NCBI GenBank assembly: GCA_963750965.1 | Contig: CAVVSK010000014.1 | Location: 206,903-270,902 of the forward strand | DNA from: an uncultured Alphaproteobacteria bacterium | Lineage (GTDB): Bacteria > Pseudomonadota > Alphaproteobacteria > Rhizobiales > Xanthobacteraceae | Length of the DNA stretch: 64,000 nucleotides | Direction of reading: 5' to 3' | Part shown: positions 41,269 to 51,218 of the stretch, one piece after another | Position numbering within the stretch: position 1 is the stretch's first letter | Layout: the number at the start of each line of letters is the position of its first letter | Notes under the pieces: model-generated | Seen by the model: the letters and a program-made list of their open reading frames with translations, nothing else | The model's database searches: none | Told to the model about the DNA's origin: nothing | Made by a program: the position numbers and the translations under genes

Positions 41269-44136
41269 TTGCGTTTCCTTCGCGCCGCTCAACCAGTGGC
41301 GATCATTGCCTTACTGATCGGCGCCACCGCCGCGCAAGCGGTGGACGCGGTGAATGTGCGTCCCGACGCCGCCGCGATCGATCTCACTGCCGTGGTGGAA
41401 CGTCACAAGACCGAAGTCGACCGCATCCAGGTGGCCGCGGCGCCCGGCCCCGACGGCATCGTGCGCCGCATTCAGGTGCCGGCGCGCGAAGGCAATACCA
41501 ACTGGGCGGTTTTCGCGCTGGCGAATTCCAGTGATGAACAGATGGACCGCCTGATTGTCGTGCCGCATTACCGGATGGTGGGCTCTGGCCTGCTCTGGCC
41601 CGATCTTGGGCTCTCGCGCGTGGTCTATATTCTCTCCAGCGGCGAGCCGCCTGAGCGGCAGGACAGCGCCACCGCCGACATCTTCCGCATTACGCTCGAT
41701 CCAGGCGCGGTGCTCACCTTCGTCGCGGAACTGCGCACCGACAAGCTGCCGCAGATCTATCTGTGGCAACCCGATGCCTACAAGGACAAGGTCAACAGCC
41801 TCACGCTCTACCACGGCATCGTCATCGGCATTGCCGGCTTGCTCGCGCTGTTTCTGACCATCCTATTCGTGGTGAAAGGCAGCGTGATGTTCCCGGCCGC
41901 CGCGGCGCTGAGCTGGGCGGTGCTCGTCTATATCGGCATCGATTTCGGCTTCTGGGGCAAAGTGTTCGATCTCTCCGCAGCGAGCGAGCGCATCTGGCGC
42001 GCTTCCGGCGAGGCGATCCTTGCGGCGACGCTGCTGGTCTTCATGTTTGCCTATCTCAATCTCAATCGCTGGCATGTGCGTTATGTGCACATCACTGCCG
42101 GTTGGCTGATCTTTCTCACCGCGCTGGTCGGACTGGCGCTGGTCGACCCCGCCGTAGCTTCCGGGATCGCGCGCATTTCCCTGGCGCTGATCGCCGCGCT
42201 CGGGTTCGGGCTGGTGATCTACCTCTCGACCCACGGCTTCGACCGCGCGGTGCTGCTGATCCCGACGTGGTTCCTATTCCTGGTCTGGGTTTTCGCCGCG
42301 GCGCTGACCGTGACCGGCAGCATGACAAATGACATCGTGGGACCGGCGCTGCTCGGCGGCCTGGTGCTGATCGTGATGCTGATCGGCTTCACCGTGATGC
42401 AGCACGCGTTCTCGGGCGGCATTGGCCACGGCATCGTTTCCGATGTGGAACGCCGGGCGCTGGCGCTCACCGGCGCGGGCGACATGATCTGGGATTGGGA
42501 CGTCGCCTCCGACAAGGTCTATACCAGCCCGGAAACCGAGCAATTGTTGGGTCTCAAACGTGGAACACTGGAAGGTTCGGCAGCAGGCTGGCTGGACGTG
42601 CTGCATCCGCTCGACCGCGACCGGTTTCGCGCTTCGCTCGATAGCGTGCTGGAGCAGCGGCGCGGTCGGCTGACGCAGGAATTCCGTCTGCGTACGCCGG
42701 ACGGCCGCTATCTTTGGTTCGTGCTCAAAGCGCGCCCGGTGGTCGGTTCGGACGGCGAAGTGGTACGGCTGGTCGGCACCTTGAGCGACGTGACCGAATC
42801 CAAGACCGCGGAAGAGCGGCTCCTGCACGACGCCGTGCATGACAATCTCACCGGACTGCCCAACCGCGAGCTGTTCATCGACCGATTAGACGCGGCGCTC
42901 GGATTCGCGCGAGCTGACACCTCGATTCGTCCCTCGGTTCTGGTTCTCGACCTCGACCGCTTCAAGCAGGTGAACGATTCCGTCGGTATCGCCGTCGGTG
43001 ATTCCATTCTGCTCACGCTGGCACGCCGACTGGGCCGGCTGCTGAAGCCGCAGGATACGCTGGCGCGGCTTTCCGGCGACCAGTTTGCGTTAATCCTGTT
43101 GTCGGAACACGAACCGGATCGCGTTTCCGCTTTTGCGGAAACGCTGCGCCGCGCCTTGCGCGCGCCGATCACCTTCAATGACCGCGAGATTTTCCTCACT
43201 GCCTCGATCGGCATCGCTCTTGCCGACGATGAGGCACATCGCACCGAGGAAGTGCTGAAGGATGCCGAGCTCGCGATGTATCATTCCAAGCGCATCGGCG
43301 GCGACCGCATCGAAATCTTCAAGCCAACCATGCGTGCGCGCAAGACCGACCGGCTGACGTTGGAATCCGATCTGCGGCGCGCGCTTGAGCGGGACGAGAT
43401 AATGCTGCTCTACCAGCCGATCATCCGGCTTGAAGACCGTTCCATCGCCGGCTTCGAGGCGCTGGCGCGCTGGGATCATCCCAAGATGGGTCGCATGTCG
43501 CCGGCCGAATTCATCAGCATTGCCGAGGAAATCGGCCTGATCGTCGACCTCGGGCTGTTCGCGCTGGAACGTGCGGCGCGGCAGCTGAGCATTTGGCAGC
43601 GCGGGGTGCGTCAGCGCGATCCGGTTTTTGTGAGCGTGAATGTCTCCTCGCGGCAGCTCTTGCGCCACGATCTCATCCAGGACCTACGCACGGTGCTGGG
43701 GCGTTCCGGCTTGGCGCGCGGCACGCTTAAGCTGGAGCTCACCGAATCGCTGGTGATGGAAAATCCCGAACATGCCGCGCAAATCCTGACGCGCATCCGC
43801 GAGCTCGGCGCGGGTCTTGCGCTCGACGATTTCGGCACCGGGCATTCCTCGCTCGCTTATCTCCAACGTTTTCCCTTCGATACGATCAAGATCGACCAGT
43901 CCTTCGTGCGCACCACCGCGCGCGGTACGCGCCCGGTGATCCTGCGTTCGATCATCGCGCTTGCGCACGACCTCGGCATGGAAGTGGTGGCGGAAGGCGC
44001 GGAGAGCGATAGCGATGCAGTAGAACTCTACCAGCTCGGCTGCGAATTTGCGCAGGGCTTTGTCTTTGGCGAGCCAATGACGGCGGATCGAGCCACCGAA
44101 TTACTCACCGCCGATCGGTTGGAAATGGCTCGATAG
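41269..44136 (+). CDS. sensor protein: periplasmic 7TMR-DISM-like domain, 7 TM, PAS, GGDEF and EAL domains
   Basis: Signal/TM region, seven hydrophobic helices, PAS (WDWDVASDKVYTS), a degenerate-looking GGDEF region (RLSGDQFAL) and EAL (QPIIRL...EALARW, ELTES, DDFGTGHSSL). A TTG at 41269 with GGGGAG upstream was chosen; the ORF is open from 41191. Confidence 0.85.
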   Translation: MRFLRAAQPVAIIALLIGATAAQAVDAVNVRPDAAAIDLTAVVERHKTEVDRIQVAAAPGPDGIVRRIQVPAREGNTNWAVFALANSSDEQMDRLIVVPHYRMVGSGLLWPDLGLSRVVYILSSGEPPERQDSATADIFRITLDPGAVLTFVAELRTDKLPQIYLWQPDAYKDKVNSLTLYHGIVIGIAGLLALFLTILFVVKGSVMFPAAAALSWAVLVYIGIDFGFWGKVFDLSAASERIWRASGEAILAATLLVFMFAYLNLNRWHVRYVHITAGWLIFLTALVGLALVDPAVASGIARISLALIAALGFGLVIYLSTHGFDRAVLLIPTWFLFLVWVFAAALTVTGSMTNDIVGPALLGGLVLIVMLIGFTVMQHAFSGGIGHGIVSDVERRALALTGAGDMIWDWDVASDKVYTSPETEQLLGLKRGTLEGSAAGWLDVLHPLDRDRFRASLDSVLEQRRGRLTQEFRLRTPDGRYLWFVLKARPVVGSDGEVVRLVGTLSDVTESKTAEERLLHDAVHDNLTGLPNRELFIDRLDAALGFARADTSIRPSVLVLDLDRFKQVNDSVGIAVGDSILLTLARRLGRLLKPQDTLARLSGDQFALILLSEHEPDRVSAFAETLRRALRAPITFNDREIFLTASIGIALADDEAHRTEEVLKDAELAMYHSKRIGGDRIEIFKPTMRARKTDRLTLESDLRRALERDEIMLLYQPIIRLEDRSIAGFEALARWDHPKMGRMSPAEFISIAEEIGLIVDLGLFALERAARQLSIWQRGVRQRDPVFVSVNVSSRQLLRHDLIQDLRTVLGRSGLARGTLKLELTESLVMENPEHAAQILTRIRELGAGLALDDFGTGHSSLAYLQRFPFDTIKIDQSFVRTTARGTRPVILRSIIALAHDLGMEVVAEGAESDSDAVELYQLGCEFAQGFVFGEPMTADRATELLTADRLEMAR

Positions 44137-44176
44137 GTGGTTGTCCCCCGGTGTGCGCTGCGCCCGGGAAACGCTT

Positions 44177-44797
44177 TCACGCGTGGCCGGCCTCACTCGA
44201 CAGCATGCCGAGGTCGATGCCGATCTTGCGTAGCGCCTTCTCGTATTTGCGATCGGTATCGTTGCCGAAAATCAACTCGGGATCGGCGGCGCAATGCAGC
44301 CAGCCATTCTGTTGGATCTCGTTTTCCAGTTGTCCCGCGCCCCAGCCGGCATAGCCGAGCGCGAGGATGGCACTGGCGGGGCCGTCGCCGCGCGCGATCG
44401 CCTTTAAAATATCGAGCGTCCAGGTGAGAAAGACGCCGTCGTCAATCGGCAGCGTCGAATTGTCCATGAAGAAGTCGCTCGAGTGCAGCACAAAGCCGCG
44501 CTCGGTTTCCACCGGTCCGCCCTTGAGCACCTTCACCGAACCCGCGCGTGGGGGCAGCTGGATGCGTTCGGCGGGAGGAATGACCTCGAGCTTCACCAGC
44601 AGATCGGGAAAATTGATGTTGGCCACTGGGTGATTGACGACAATTCCCATCGCCCCATCAGAAGAATGCGCGCAAACGTAGATTACACTGCGGGCGAATC
44701 GCTCGTCATTCATCGCAGGCATCGCGATCAGCATCTGGCCGTCCAGATAGCCGCGCGCTGGATTTTTATCCTGGGGCAGGCGAGGTGGTGGCCGCAT
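44177..44797 (-). CDS. YqgE/AlgH family protein (UPF0301)
   Basis: [26 protein letters not shown] and [13 protein letters not shown] motifs. Confidence 0.88.
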   Translation of the reverse strand: MRPPPRLPQDKNPARGYLDGQMLIAMPAMNDERFARSVIYVCAHSSDGAMGIVVNHPVANINFPDLLVKLEVIPPAERIQLPPRAGSVKVLKGGPVETERGFVLHSSDFFMDNSTLPIDDGVFLTWTLDILKAIARGDGPASAILALGYAGWGAGQLENEIQQNGWLHCAADPELIFGNDTDRKYEKALRKIGIDLGMLSSEAGHA

Positions 44798-44916
44798 GCA
44801 AAAAGGCTATCCGATGATACCAGTTTTGTGAACGAATCCGGGCCGATAAAGTTTCACACCAACCAGTTAACCAAGCAATCCCGGCGCAAAGCAGATGTTC
44901 GGCCCCCGTTCGCGTT

Positions 44917-45831
44917 TTGGCCGCCATTAATTTCGGTGTTACCATCCCAAAAGTCATGCCCAACCCTGTTTGTGCGATATCGCCCCGACTTCGCAGCCTC
45001 TGCCGGGCGGCGCCTTTGTCACTCGTTCTGTTGCTGGGAGCGGCGGGCGCGAGCCACGCGGACGACGCCTCGCCCTGGGACCCCGACCAGCGCTCCGCCC
45101 TGCGGTTGATTGCAGGGTCCACGGGTATCGGCGCGTCCTTGTTACGGGCAGGCATTGCGATGCGCATCGCCCCGGGATGGAAGACCTATTGGCGCTATGC
45201 GGGGGATTCCGGCTTGCCGCCCCACTTCGATTTCACCGGTTCTGAAAATGTTAAACGGGTCAACGTGCTCTGGCCGGTGCCCCGCCGTTTTGCCGATGGA
45301 GCCGGCGGCAACTCCATTGGTTACGCCGGCGAGGTTGTTTTTCCACTGCAAATCGTGCCGCAGGACGCGCGCCGACCGGTGACGCTGCGGCTGAAGGCCG
45401 AATACGGCGTCTGCGAGAAGGTTTGCATCCCGGCGAGCGGCAAGGCGCAATTGCAGCTCAACGGCGGTCCATCGAGTGAAGACACAGCGATCACGGAGGC
45501 GGAACGGCGCGTGCCGAAGGCGGCCGCGCTCGGTGACCCAGGGCCGCTTTCGGTCCGGGCCTTGCGTCGCGAAATCATCGCTTCCCGGCAGCGGGTGATC
45601 ATCGACGTGACTGCCCGTGACGGGGGCGAGGTCGATCTCTTCGCCGAAGGCCCGACACCACAATGGTCCTTGCCGTTGCCCGAGCCAGTGGAAAGTGGAC
45701 CGGACGGAGCACGGCGCTTCGCCTTTGACGTCGAGGGCGTGCCGCCCGGCGCCAGCATCGCAGGCGCTCAGATCAAGCTCACCCTGGTCGCTGGCAATGA
45801 TGCCATCGAAGTTACGACCCACCTCGACTAA
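44917..45831 (+). CDS. exported DsbD N-terminal (DsbC/DsbD alpha)-domain protein
   Basis: Signal peptide, APGWKTYWRYAGDSGLPP... and YGVCEKVCIP motifs. Confidence 0.75.
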   Translation: MAAINFGVTIPKVMPNPVCAISPRLRSLCRAAPLSLVLLLGAAGASHADDASPWDPDQRSALRLIAGSTGIGASLLRAGIAMRIAPGWKTYWRYAGDSGLPPHFDFTGSENVKRVNVLWPVPRRFADGAGGNSIGYAGEVVFPLQIVPQDARRPVTLRLKAEYGVCEKVCIPASGKAQLQLNGGPSSEDTAITEAERRVPKAAALGDPGPLSVRALRREIIASRQRVIIDVTARDGGEVDLFAEGPTPQWSLPLPEPVESGPDGARRFAFDVEGVPPGASIAGAQIKLTLVAGNDAIEVTTHLD

Positions 45832-45891
45832 TTTCCGGCGCGCGCTACGATACGTCTGAAGCCACCACCACCCACACAAGAAAGGAATATC

Positions 45892-46371
45892 ATGCCCATC
45901 AAGGTCGGCGATCGGCTGCCCAATGCCAAATTCCGCGTCACCACGGCCGAAGGACCAGCGTGGAAAACCACTGACGATATTTTCAAGGGGAAGAAAGTTG
46001 CTCTGTTTGCCGTGCCAGGCGCCTTCACCGGGACCTGCCACAAGCAGCACATGCCGACCATCGTGCAGAACGCAGCGGCACTGAAGGCCAAAGGCGTGGA
46101 CACTATCGCGGTGACCGCAGTGAATGACGCCTCGGTGCTGGACGCCTGGAAAAAGGCCACTAACGCAGAAAACGTGGATTTCCTCGCCGACGGCAATGCA
46201 GATTTCGCCAAGGCCATCGATCTGTCTCTGGACCTGACAGGCAACGGCATGGGGGTGCGCTCCCGGCGCTATTCCATGCTGGTGGATGACGGCGTGGTGA
46301 AAACGATCAATGTGGAAGAGCCCGGCAAATTCGAAGTTTCCAGCGGCGACGCCCTGGCGGCGCAGATTTGA
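45892..46371 (+). CDS. peroxiredoxin (Prx5 subfamily)
   Basis: VALFAVPGAFTGTCHKQHMP peroxidatic Cys context. 159 aa. Confidence 0.9.
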   Translation: MPIKVGDRLPNAKFRVTTAEGPAWKTTDDIFKGKKVALFAVPGAFTGTCHKQHMPTIVQNAAALKAKGVDTIAVTAVNDASVLDAWKKATNAENVDFLADGNADFAKAIDLSLDLTGNGMGVRSRRYSMLVDDGVVKTINVEEPGKFEVSSGDALAAQI

Positions 46372-46509
46372 TCGAGCCATTTCGGGCCGCGCAGAAAAGC
46401 GCGAGCCCGGAATCCATGAACGCAACTGGATCCATGGATCGCGACGGCAGCAGAGTCTGTCATCATACGGCGCGAGCGCCGATGCGTGGGCAGCTTCCGG
46501 AATGACGGC

Positions 46510-46998
46510 TCAAGGTTTCGCGCCGTCCAATGCCCCTATGGCGCCGGCCCGTATTGCCACAATGGCGTCGCGCGCCAGTTGGTCCGCGCGTTCGTTCATG
46601 CTGTGGCCAGCGTGTCCCTTCACCCAGTGCCAATGCACCTGGTGATGCTTCAGCGCTTCGTCGAGCCGTCGCCAGAGATCCATATTCTTGACAGGCTTCT
46701 TGTCAGACGTGCGCCAGCCATTCTTTTTCCAGGTTTTGATCCAGGTCATGATGCCGTTACGCAGATACTGGCTGTCGGTATACAGGTCCACGATGCAGGG
46801 AAATTTCAGCGCTTCTAGCGCCGAGATCGCGGCCATCAGTTCCATGCGATTGTTGGTGGTGAGTTCCTCGCCGCCCTTCAGCTCCTTTTCGCGATCGCCG
46901 AAAGTGAGCACCGCGCCCCAGCCGCCAGGCCCCGGATTCCCGGAGCAAGCGCCGTCCGTATAGATGCTGACGCGCTGATTCCCACTTTTCGGGATCAT
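46510..46998 (-). CDS. rnhA: ribonuclease HI
   Basis: [28 protein letters not shown] and [16 protein letters not shown] motifs. Confidence 0.93.
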   Translation of the reverse strand: MIPKSGNQRVSIYTDGACSGNPGPGGWGAVLTFGDREKELKGGEELTTNNRMELMAAISALEALKFPCIVDLYTDSQYLRNGIMTWIKTWKKNGWRTSDKKPVKNMDLWRRLDEALKHHQVHWHWVKGHAGHSMNERADQLARDAIVAIRAGAIGALDGAKP

Positions 46999-47960
46999 GC
47001 GTCGATCCCGTAATCACGCAGGCTTTTCGCCGCCTGGTGGAAGCGGAGTTTGCGGAAGTATTCCTGAGGGTCCTTCGGGCGCAGCAGCGCGCCCGGCGGC
47101 ACGTCAAGCCAGACCTCCAGCCGCGTCAGCAGAAAACGCAGCGCCGCTCCGCGGCAAAGCACCGGCAAGGCCTCTTTTTCCGCGGAGGAAAGCGCCCGCG
47201 TTTTCATGTAGCTCTGCAGCAGGTCACGGCCCTTGGTGACGTTGTAGGAATGGTCGGGCTCAAAGCACCAGGCGTTAAGGCAGACCGCAACGTCATAGGC
47301 TAGCGTATCGGTGCAAGCGAAATAAAAATCGATCAATCCTGACAGCTTCTCGCCGAGAAAAAACACGTTGTCGGGAAACAGGTCCGCGTGAATCACCCCT
47401 TGTGGCAAGCCGCTTGGCCACGCGCTTTCGAGGAAAGCCAACTCCTTAGTCATGACTGCCTCGAGGCCAGGCTGCACCTCGTCGGCGCGCCGCGCGGTCG
47501 TGTCATACAGCGCCCGCCAGCCGCTGACCGACAGGCCGTTGGAGCGCTTAAGCGGAAAATCCGCGCCCGCCAGATGCAGCCGCGCCAGTGCCTCACCGAG
47601 CGCGGCGCAGTGACGCGCGCTCGGCCGCCGAATCCACATCCCGTCAAGGAAGGTCACCAGCGCGGCTGGCCGCCCGGCAAGCTGGCCTAGTGTTTCGCTG
47701 GCGCGATTCTTCACCGGTTGCGGACAAGTGATCCCGCGACGCGCAAGATGTTCCATCAGGGCAAGGAAGAACGGGACGTCACCGGCGGCAACGCGTCTCT
47801 CATAGAGGGTGAGGATGAAATGCCCGGCGGAGGTATGGACGAGAAAATTGGAATTCTCAACGCCCTCGGCAATGCCCTTGTAGGACAACAACTCGCCGAG
47901 GTCGTAGCCAGCAAGAAACGAAGCCAACTCTTCCGCCGCAACGTCGGTGTAAACGGCCAC
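46995..47960 (-). CDS. thrB: homoserine kinase (ThrB type II, APH fold)
   Basis: MAVYTDV...[15 protein letters not shown] and [13 protein letters not shown]. Confidence 0.9.
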   Translation of the reverse strand: MAVYTDVAAEELASFLAGYDLGELLSYKGIAEGVENSNFLVHTSAGHFILTLYERRVAAGDVPFFLALMEHLARRGITCPQPVKNRASETLGQLAGRPAALVTFLDGMWIRRPSARHCAALGEALARLHLAGADFPLKRSNGLSVSGWRALYDTTARRADEVQPGLEAVMTKELAFLESAWPSGLPQGVIHADLFPDNVFFLGEKLSGLIDFYFACTDTLAYDVAVCLNAWCFEPDHSYNVTKGRDLLQSYMKTRALSSAEKEALPVLCRGAALRFLLTRLEVWLDVPPGALLRPKDPQEYFRKLRFHQAAKSLRDYGIDA

Positions 47961-47966
47961 GGCGAT

Positions 47967-48963
47967 CTACTCCGCGACCTCGTTCTCGCGCAACGCCCGC
48001 GGCAATGGGAAGAAAACGTCCTCCTCCGTCGCCGCCACGGTTTCCACGCTGACGGTGTAGCGCTCTGCGAAAGCGTCGATTACCTCTTCCACTAAGACTT
48101 CCGGTGCCGATGCCCCCGCAGTGATCCCGAGCCGCGCGATATTGCCGAACATGTTCCAGTCGATATCGGCGGCACGTTGCAAGAGCACCGTACGCGCGCA
48201 GCCGGCGCGTTCTGCGACTTCCTTTAGCCGCATCGAATTGGAAGAATTCGGCGCACCTACGACGATCATGGCGTCGACTTGCGGCGCGACCAGCTTCACA
48301 GCCTCCTGGCGATTGGTGGTGGCATAGCAGATGTCCTCCTTGTGCGGACCGACGATTTGCGGAAAGCGGGCTTTCAGCCGCGCGATAATTTCCGCAGTAT
48401 CGTCAATTGAGAGCGTGGTCTGCGTCACATAGGCAAGCTGCGCCGGATCGCGCGGGGTGAAAACGTCAACGTCGGCAACCGTCTCGATGAGGGTGGCGAC
48501 GCCCGCGGGAAGCTGCCCCAAGGTGCCGACCACCTCTGGATGCCCGGCATGGCCGATCAGCAAGATCTCACGTCCGCGGCGCCGATGGATTTCCGCCTCG
48601 CGATGCACCTTGGTCACGAGCGGACAGGTGGCGTCCAGCGCGAGAGAAGTTCCGGCGTTTGGCTTCCGCCGGCACCGACAGCGGCACGCCATGGGCGGAG
48701 AAGATCACCGGGGCGTCGGTGTCCGGGATCTCATCCAGTTCCTCGACGAAGACGGCACCCTTGGCGGCCAGGCCCTCCACCACGTAGCGGTTATGCACAA
48801 TTTCGTGGCGCACATAGACCGGGGCGCCGTAGAGCGCGAGAGCCCGCTCGACGGAATCGATAGCCCGCACCACCCCGGCGCAGAAGCCGCGCGGGGAGCA
48901 TAAAAGCACGCGCAGAGGCGGCTTTGGGGCGGTCGAAATTGCGTCGGCTGAGGCCATTTTCAC
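47967..48963 (-). pseudogene. ispH: 4-hydroxy-3-methylbut-2-enyl diphosphate reductase IspH, interrupted by a +1 frameshift at ~48647-48652
   Basis: The N-terminal part ([12 protein letters not shown]...[18 protein letters not shown]) is in one frame. [15 protein letters not shown]...[13 protein letters not shown]...VGAPNSSNS... is in the next. The spacing matches the family if one base is removed. Confidence 0.92.
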
Positions 48964-49073
48964 GTTCCAAACAGGTTATGTCTGTCTAGCATATGGCCTT
49001 GCCAATGCCATTGCGCGGGCGGGGGTCAGTTGCCTATATTCCGGCCAGTTCCTGTCATCGTTGATGACTTGAG

Positions 49074-49099
49074 GCTTCGCCCGCAAGGGCGGGCGAAGC
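49074..49099 (+). promoter_or_regulatory. perfect 11-bp stem hairpin in the DUF1013 leader
   Basis: GCTTCGCCCGC-AAGG-GCGGGCGAAGC ends 2 nt before the AAAGGAGA RBS. There is no T-run on either strand. Confidence 0.4.
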
Positions 49100-49116
49100 A
49101 CAAAGGAGATTTGCCC

Positions 49117-49812
49117 GTGACGAATGCACCCCTGATGCCGAAGGCGACCGCCGTATGGCTGGTGGAAAATACCGCCCTGTCCTTCGACCAGATCGCCGAT
49201 TTCTGCAAATTGCACCCCCTGGAAGTGAAGGCGGTCGCCGATGGCGACGCCGCCCAGGGAATCAAGGGGCTCGACCCGCTCCAAACCGGCCAGCTGACCC
49301 GCGAAGAGATCGCCAAGGGCGAGGCCGATCATAATTACCGTCTGCAGCTGCTGAACCCAAAGGTGCGACTGCCCGAAGCCCAGCGCAAGAAGGGCCCGCG
49401 CTATACGCCGGTGTCACGCCGACAGGATCGGCCGAATGCCATTCTCTGGCTGGTGCGCAACCATCCCGAGTTGAAGGACGCCGCCATTATGCGGTTGGTC
49501 GGCACCACCAAATCCACCATCCAGGCGATCCGCGAACGCACCCACTGGAACGCGCCCAACCTGACCCCGCTCGATCCAGTGACGCTCGGTCTTTGCTCGC
49601 AGATCGATCTCGACATGGAGGTGCAGCGCGCTTCCAAGGACAAGCCGGTTGCGGCGGAAACTCAGAGCGCGACCCTTCTGCCGGCGGCGGAAACCACCGC
49701 GCGCAAGGAAGCCGAAGCTGCAGAATCCGCCAAGCCGCAGGAGCTCAATGTCGACACCGTGTTCGCCAAGCTCAAGCAGATCGGCGGCAAGGGTGGAGAG
49801 GAAAGCGAATAG
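49117..49812 (+). CDS. DUF1013 domain protein (TrcR-like cell-cycle regulator family)
   Basis: GTG start with a strong AAAGGAGA RBS. PLMPKATAVWLVENTALSFDQIADFCKLHPLEVKAVADG and RLVGTTKSTIQAIRERTHWN repeats. Confidence 0.8.
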   Translation: MTNAPLMPKATAVWLVENTALSFDQIADFCKLHPLEVKAVADGDAAQGIKGLDPLQTGQLTREEIAKGEADHNYRLQLLNPKVRLPEAQRKKGPRYTPVSRRQDRPNAILWLVRNHPELKDAAIMRLVGTTKSTIQAIRERTHWNAPNLTPLDPVTLGLCSQIDLDMEVQRASKDKPVAAETQSATLLPAAETTARKEAEAAESAKPQELNVDTVFAKLKQIGGKGGEESE

Positions 49813-49841
49813 TCGGGCAACGCTTGGCCCTGGCGAGCGAC

Positions 49842-51218
49842 TTAACGCGTAAGCGTCGCGATCTCCGCCGCACCCTGCGCGCGACGATAGCTGGCGATCG
49901 GCGACTCGGTTTTCACCGGGACCGGGGAGGCTGCAACGGCAGCGGTCGCGGTCTTCACTAAATTCGACAGCGAGGCGGCCTTCGCACTTTCCGGGAAGAT
50001 GGTCGTGTTCAGTAGAGTCCCGGGCACGCCGAGGTGGTCCCGCAATACACCCTTAAACACCGAGCGCAGGTCGGTGGTGGGCCTGAGATCGCTTCCCTCA
50101 TAAAGCTGACTCGGCGCCAGCCCTGGCCAATCGCCGAAGATCCTGCCGCCGTTCACCGCACCTCCGGCGAGGAGGGTCGCCGTGCCGACGCCGTGATCGG
50201 TGCCGTTGCCGCCGTTCATTCGAATGGTGCGGCCAAACTCCGTGGCACATACCATGACCGTGTTCTGCCACGCCGAGCCGACACAGACACGGAAATCCGA
50301 AATAGCCGCATCGAGCTCGGCCAACAACCTGGCGTGCTGGCCTTGCGTTCCGCCCTGGTCGATATGCGTATCCCAGCCATCGACGCAAAGCACAGAGATG
50401 CGCGGGCCGTCGGCCGCCGCGAGCAGCCGTCCGGCTCCACGAAAACCCTTGCGCAATGCACTGATCTGAGCCTCGTCCTCGTCCAGGCTGTTGGCCATGC
50501 GATGAGCCGTCAACCCTCGTTCGAGCATGCGGTACATGTCCAAGTCACGCTCGTGGTAGAGGGTTCGCACGGCGTCGCGGGTCGGATGGGAGACTCGCCA
50601 GAACCATGCTGGCGACCATCCTAGAACCGGGGCCGGGCCGCGCAGGATCACTGGGGCTTCACCGATCTGAATGGCGCCTGCGAGTTTGACCGGCGCGCCG
50701 GCCGGAAGCGCCGACAACAAACGATTGAGCCAGCCGGTTTGAGCGATGCCAGCCTTTCCCGGCAGACCGGTTTCCAGATTGTCCTGCGCGTCGAAATGCG
50801 AACGGTTGCGCAATGGCACGCAGGTCGCGTTGACCACCGCCGCCTGGCCTTTCTTGTAAAGCCCAGCAAAATACTTCAACGCAGGATGCAGGCCAAAAAA
50901 GCTATTGAGCCGGATGGTGCTCGCGGCTGGAATGGCAATGCTTCCGCGCATGGAGACGTAGTTGCTGTCTCCGAAAGGCACCACCGTATTGATCCCGTCG
51001 AGGCCCCCACGCAGCACGACGATCAACAAGCGCGGACAATCGCCGCCTGCCGCTTGCGCAAAGCGAGGCATATAAGCCCAGGAGAATAGGCCAGCGGTAA
51101 CGCCGAGCATCGCCCGTCGCGACATCAACAGACGAGATTCCGCGCATCCTTCAGTTGCCGCGCGGACCACATGGGCGTCATTAGGGCCATTGCGATGCTC
51201 GTCTGCCACGGCGGTCAC
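49842..51218 (-). CDS. DUF1501 domain protein (sulfatase/alkaline-phosphatase-like, Tat-exported)
   Basis: Tat-like SRRAMLGVTAGLFSWAYMPRFAQA and the GTDHG motif near the C-terminus. The GTG at 51218 overlaps the DUF1800 stop; an alternative ATG lies at 51125. Confidence 0.8.
   Translation of the reverse strand: MTAVADEHRNGPNDAHVVRAATEGCAESRLLMSRRAMLGVTAGLFSWAYMPRFAQAAGGDCPRLLIVVLRGGLDGINTVVPFGDSNYVSMRGSIAIPAASTIRLNSFFGLHPALKYFAGLYKKGQAAVVNATCVPLRNRSHFDAQDNLETGLPGKAGIAQTGWLNRLLSALPAGAPVKLAGAIQIGEAPVILRGPAPVLGWSPAWFWRVSHPTRDAVRTLYHERDLDMYRMLERGLTAHRMANSLDEDEAQISALRKGFRGAGRLLAAADGPRISVLCVDGWDTHIDQGGTQGQHARLLAELDAAISDFRVCVGSAWQNTVMVCATEFGRTIRMNGGNGTDHGVGTATLLAGGAVNGGRIFGDWPGLAPSQLYEGSDLRPTTDLRSVFKGVLRDHLGVPGTLLNTTIFPESAKAASLSNLVKTATAAVAASPVPVKTESPIASYRRAQGAAEIATLTR

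Noticed and set aside
15889-48963. Programmed +1 ribosomal frameshifting as the explanation for the split genes
   Set aside because: The nine sites share no slippery or stall motif of the prfB type. They occur in unrelated genes with no known recoding, and four coincide with a DNA methylation motif rather than an mRNA signal.
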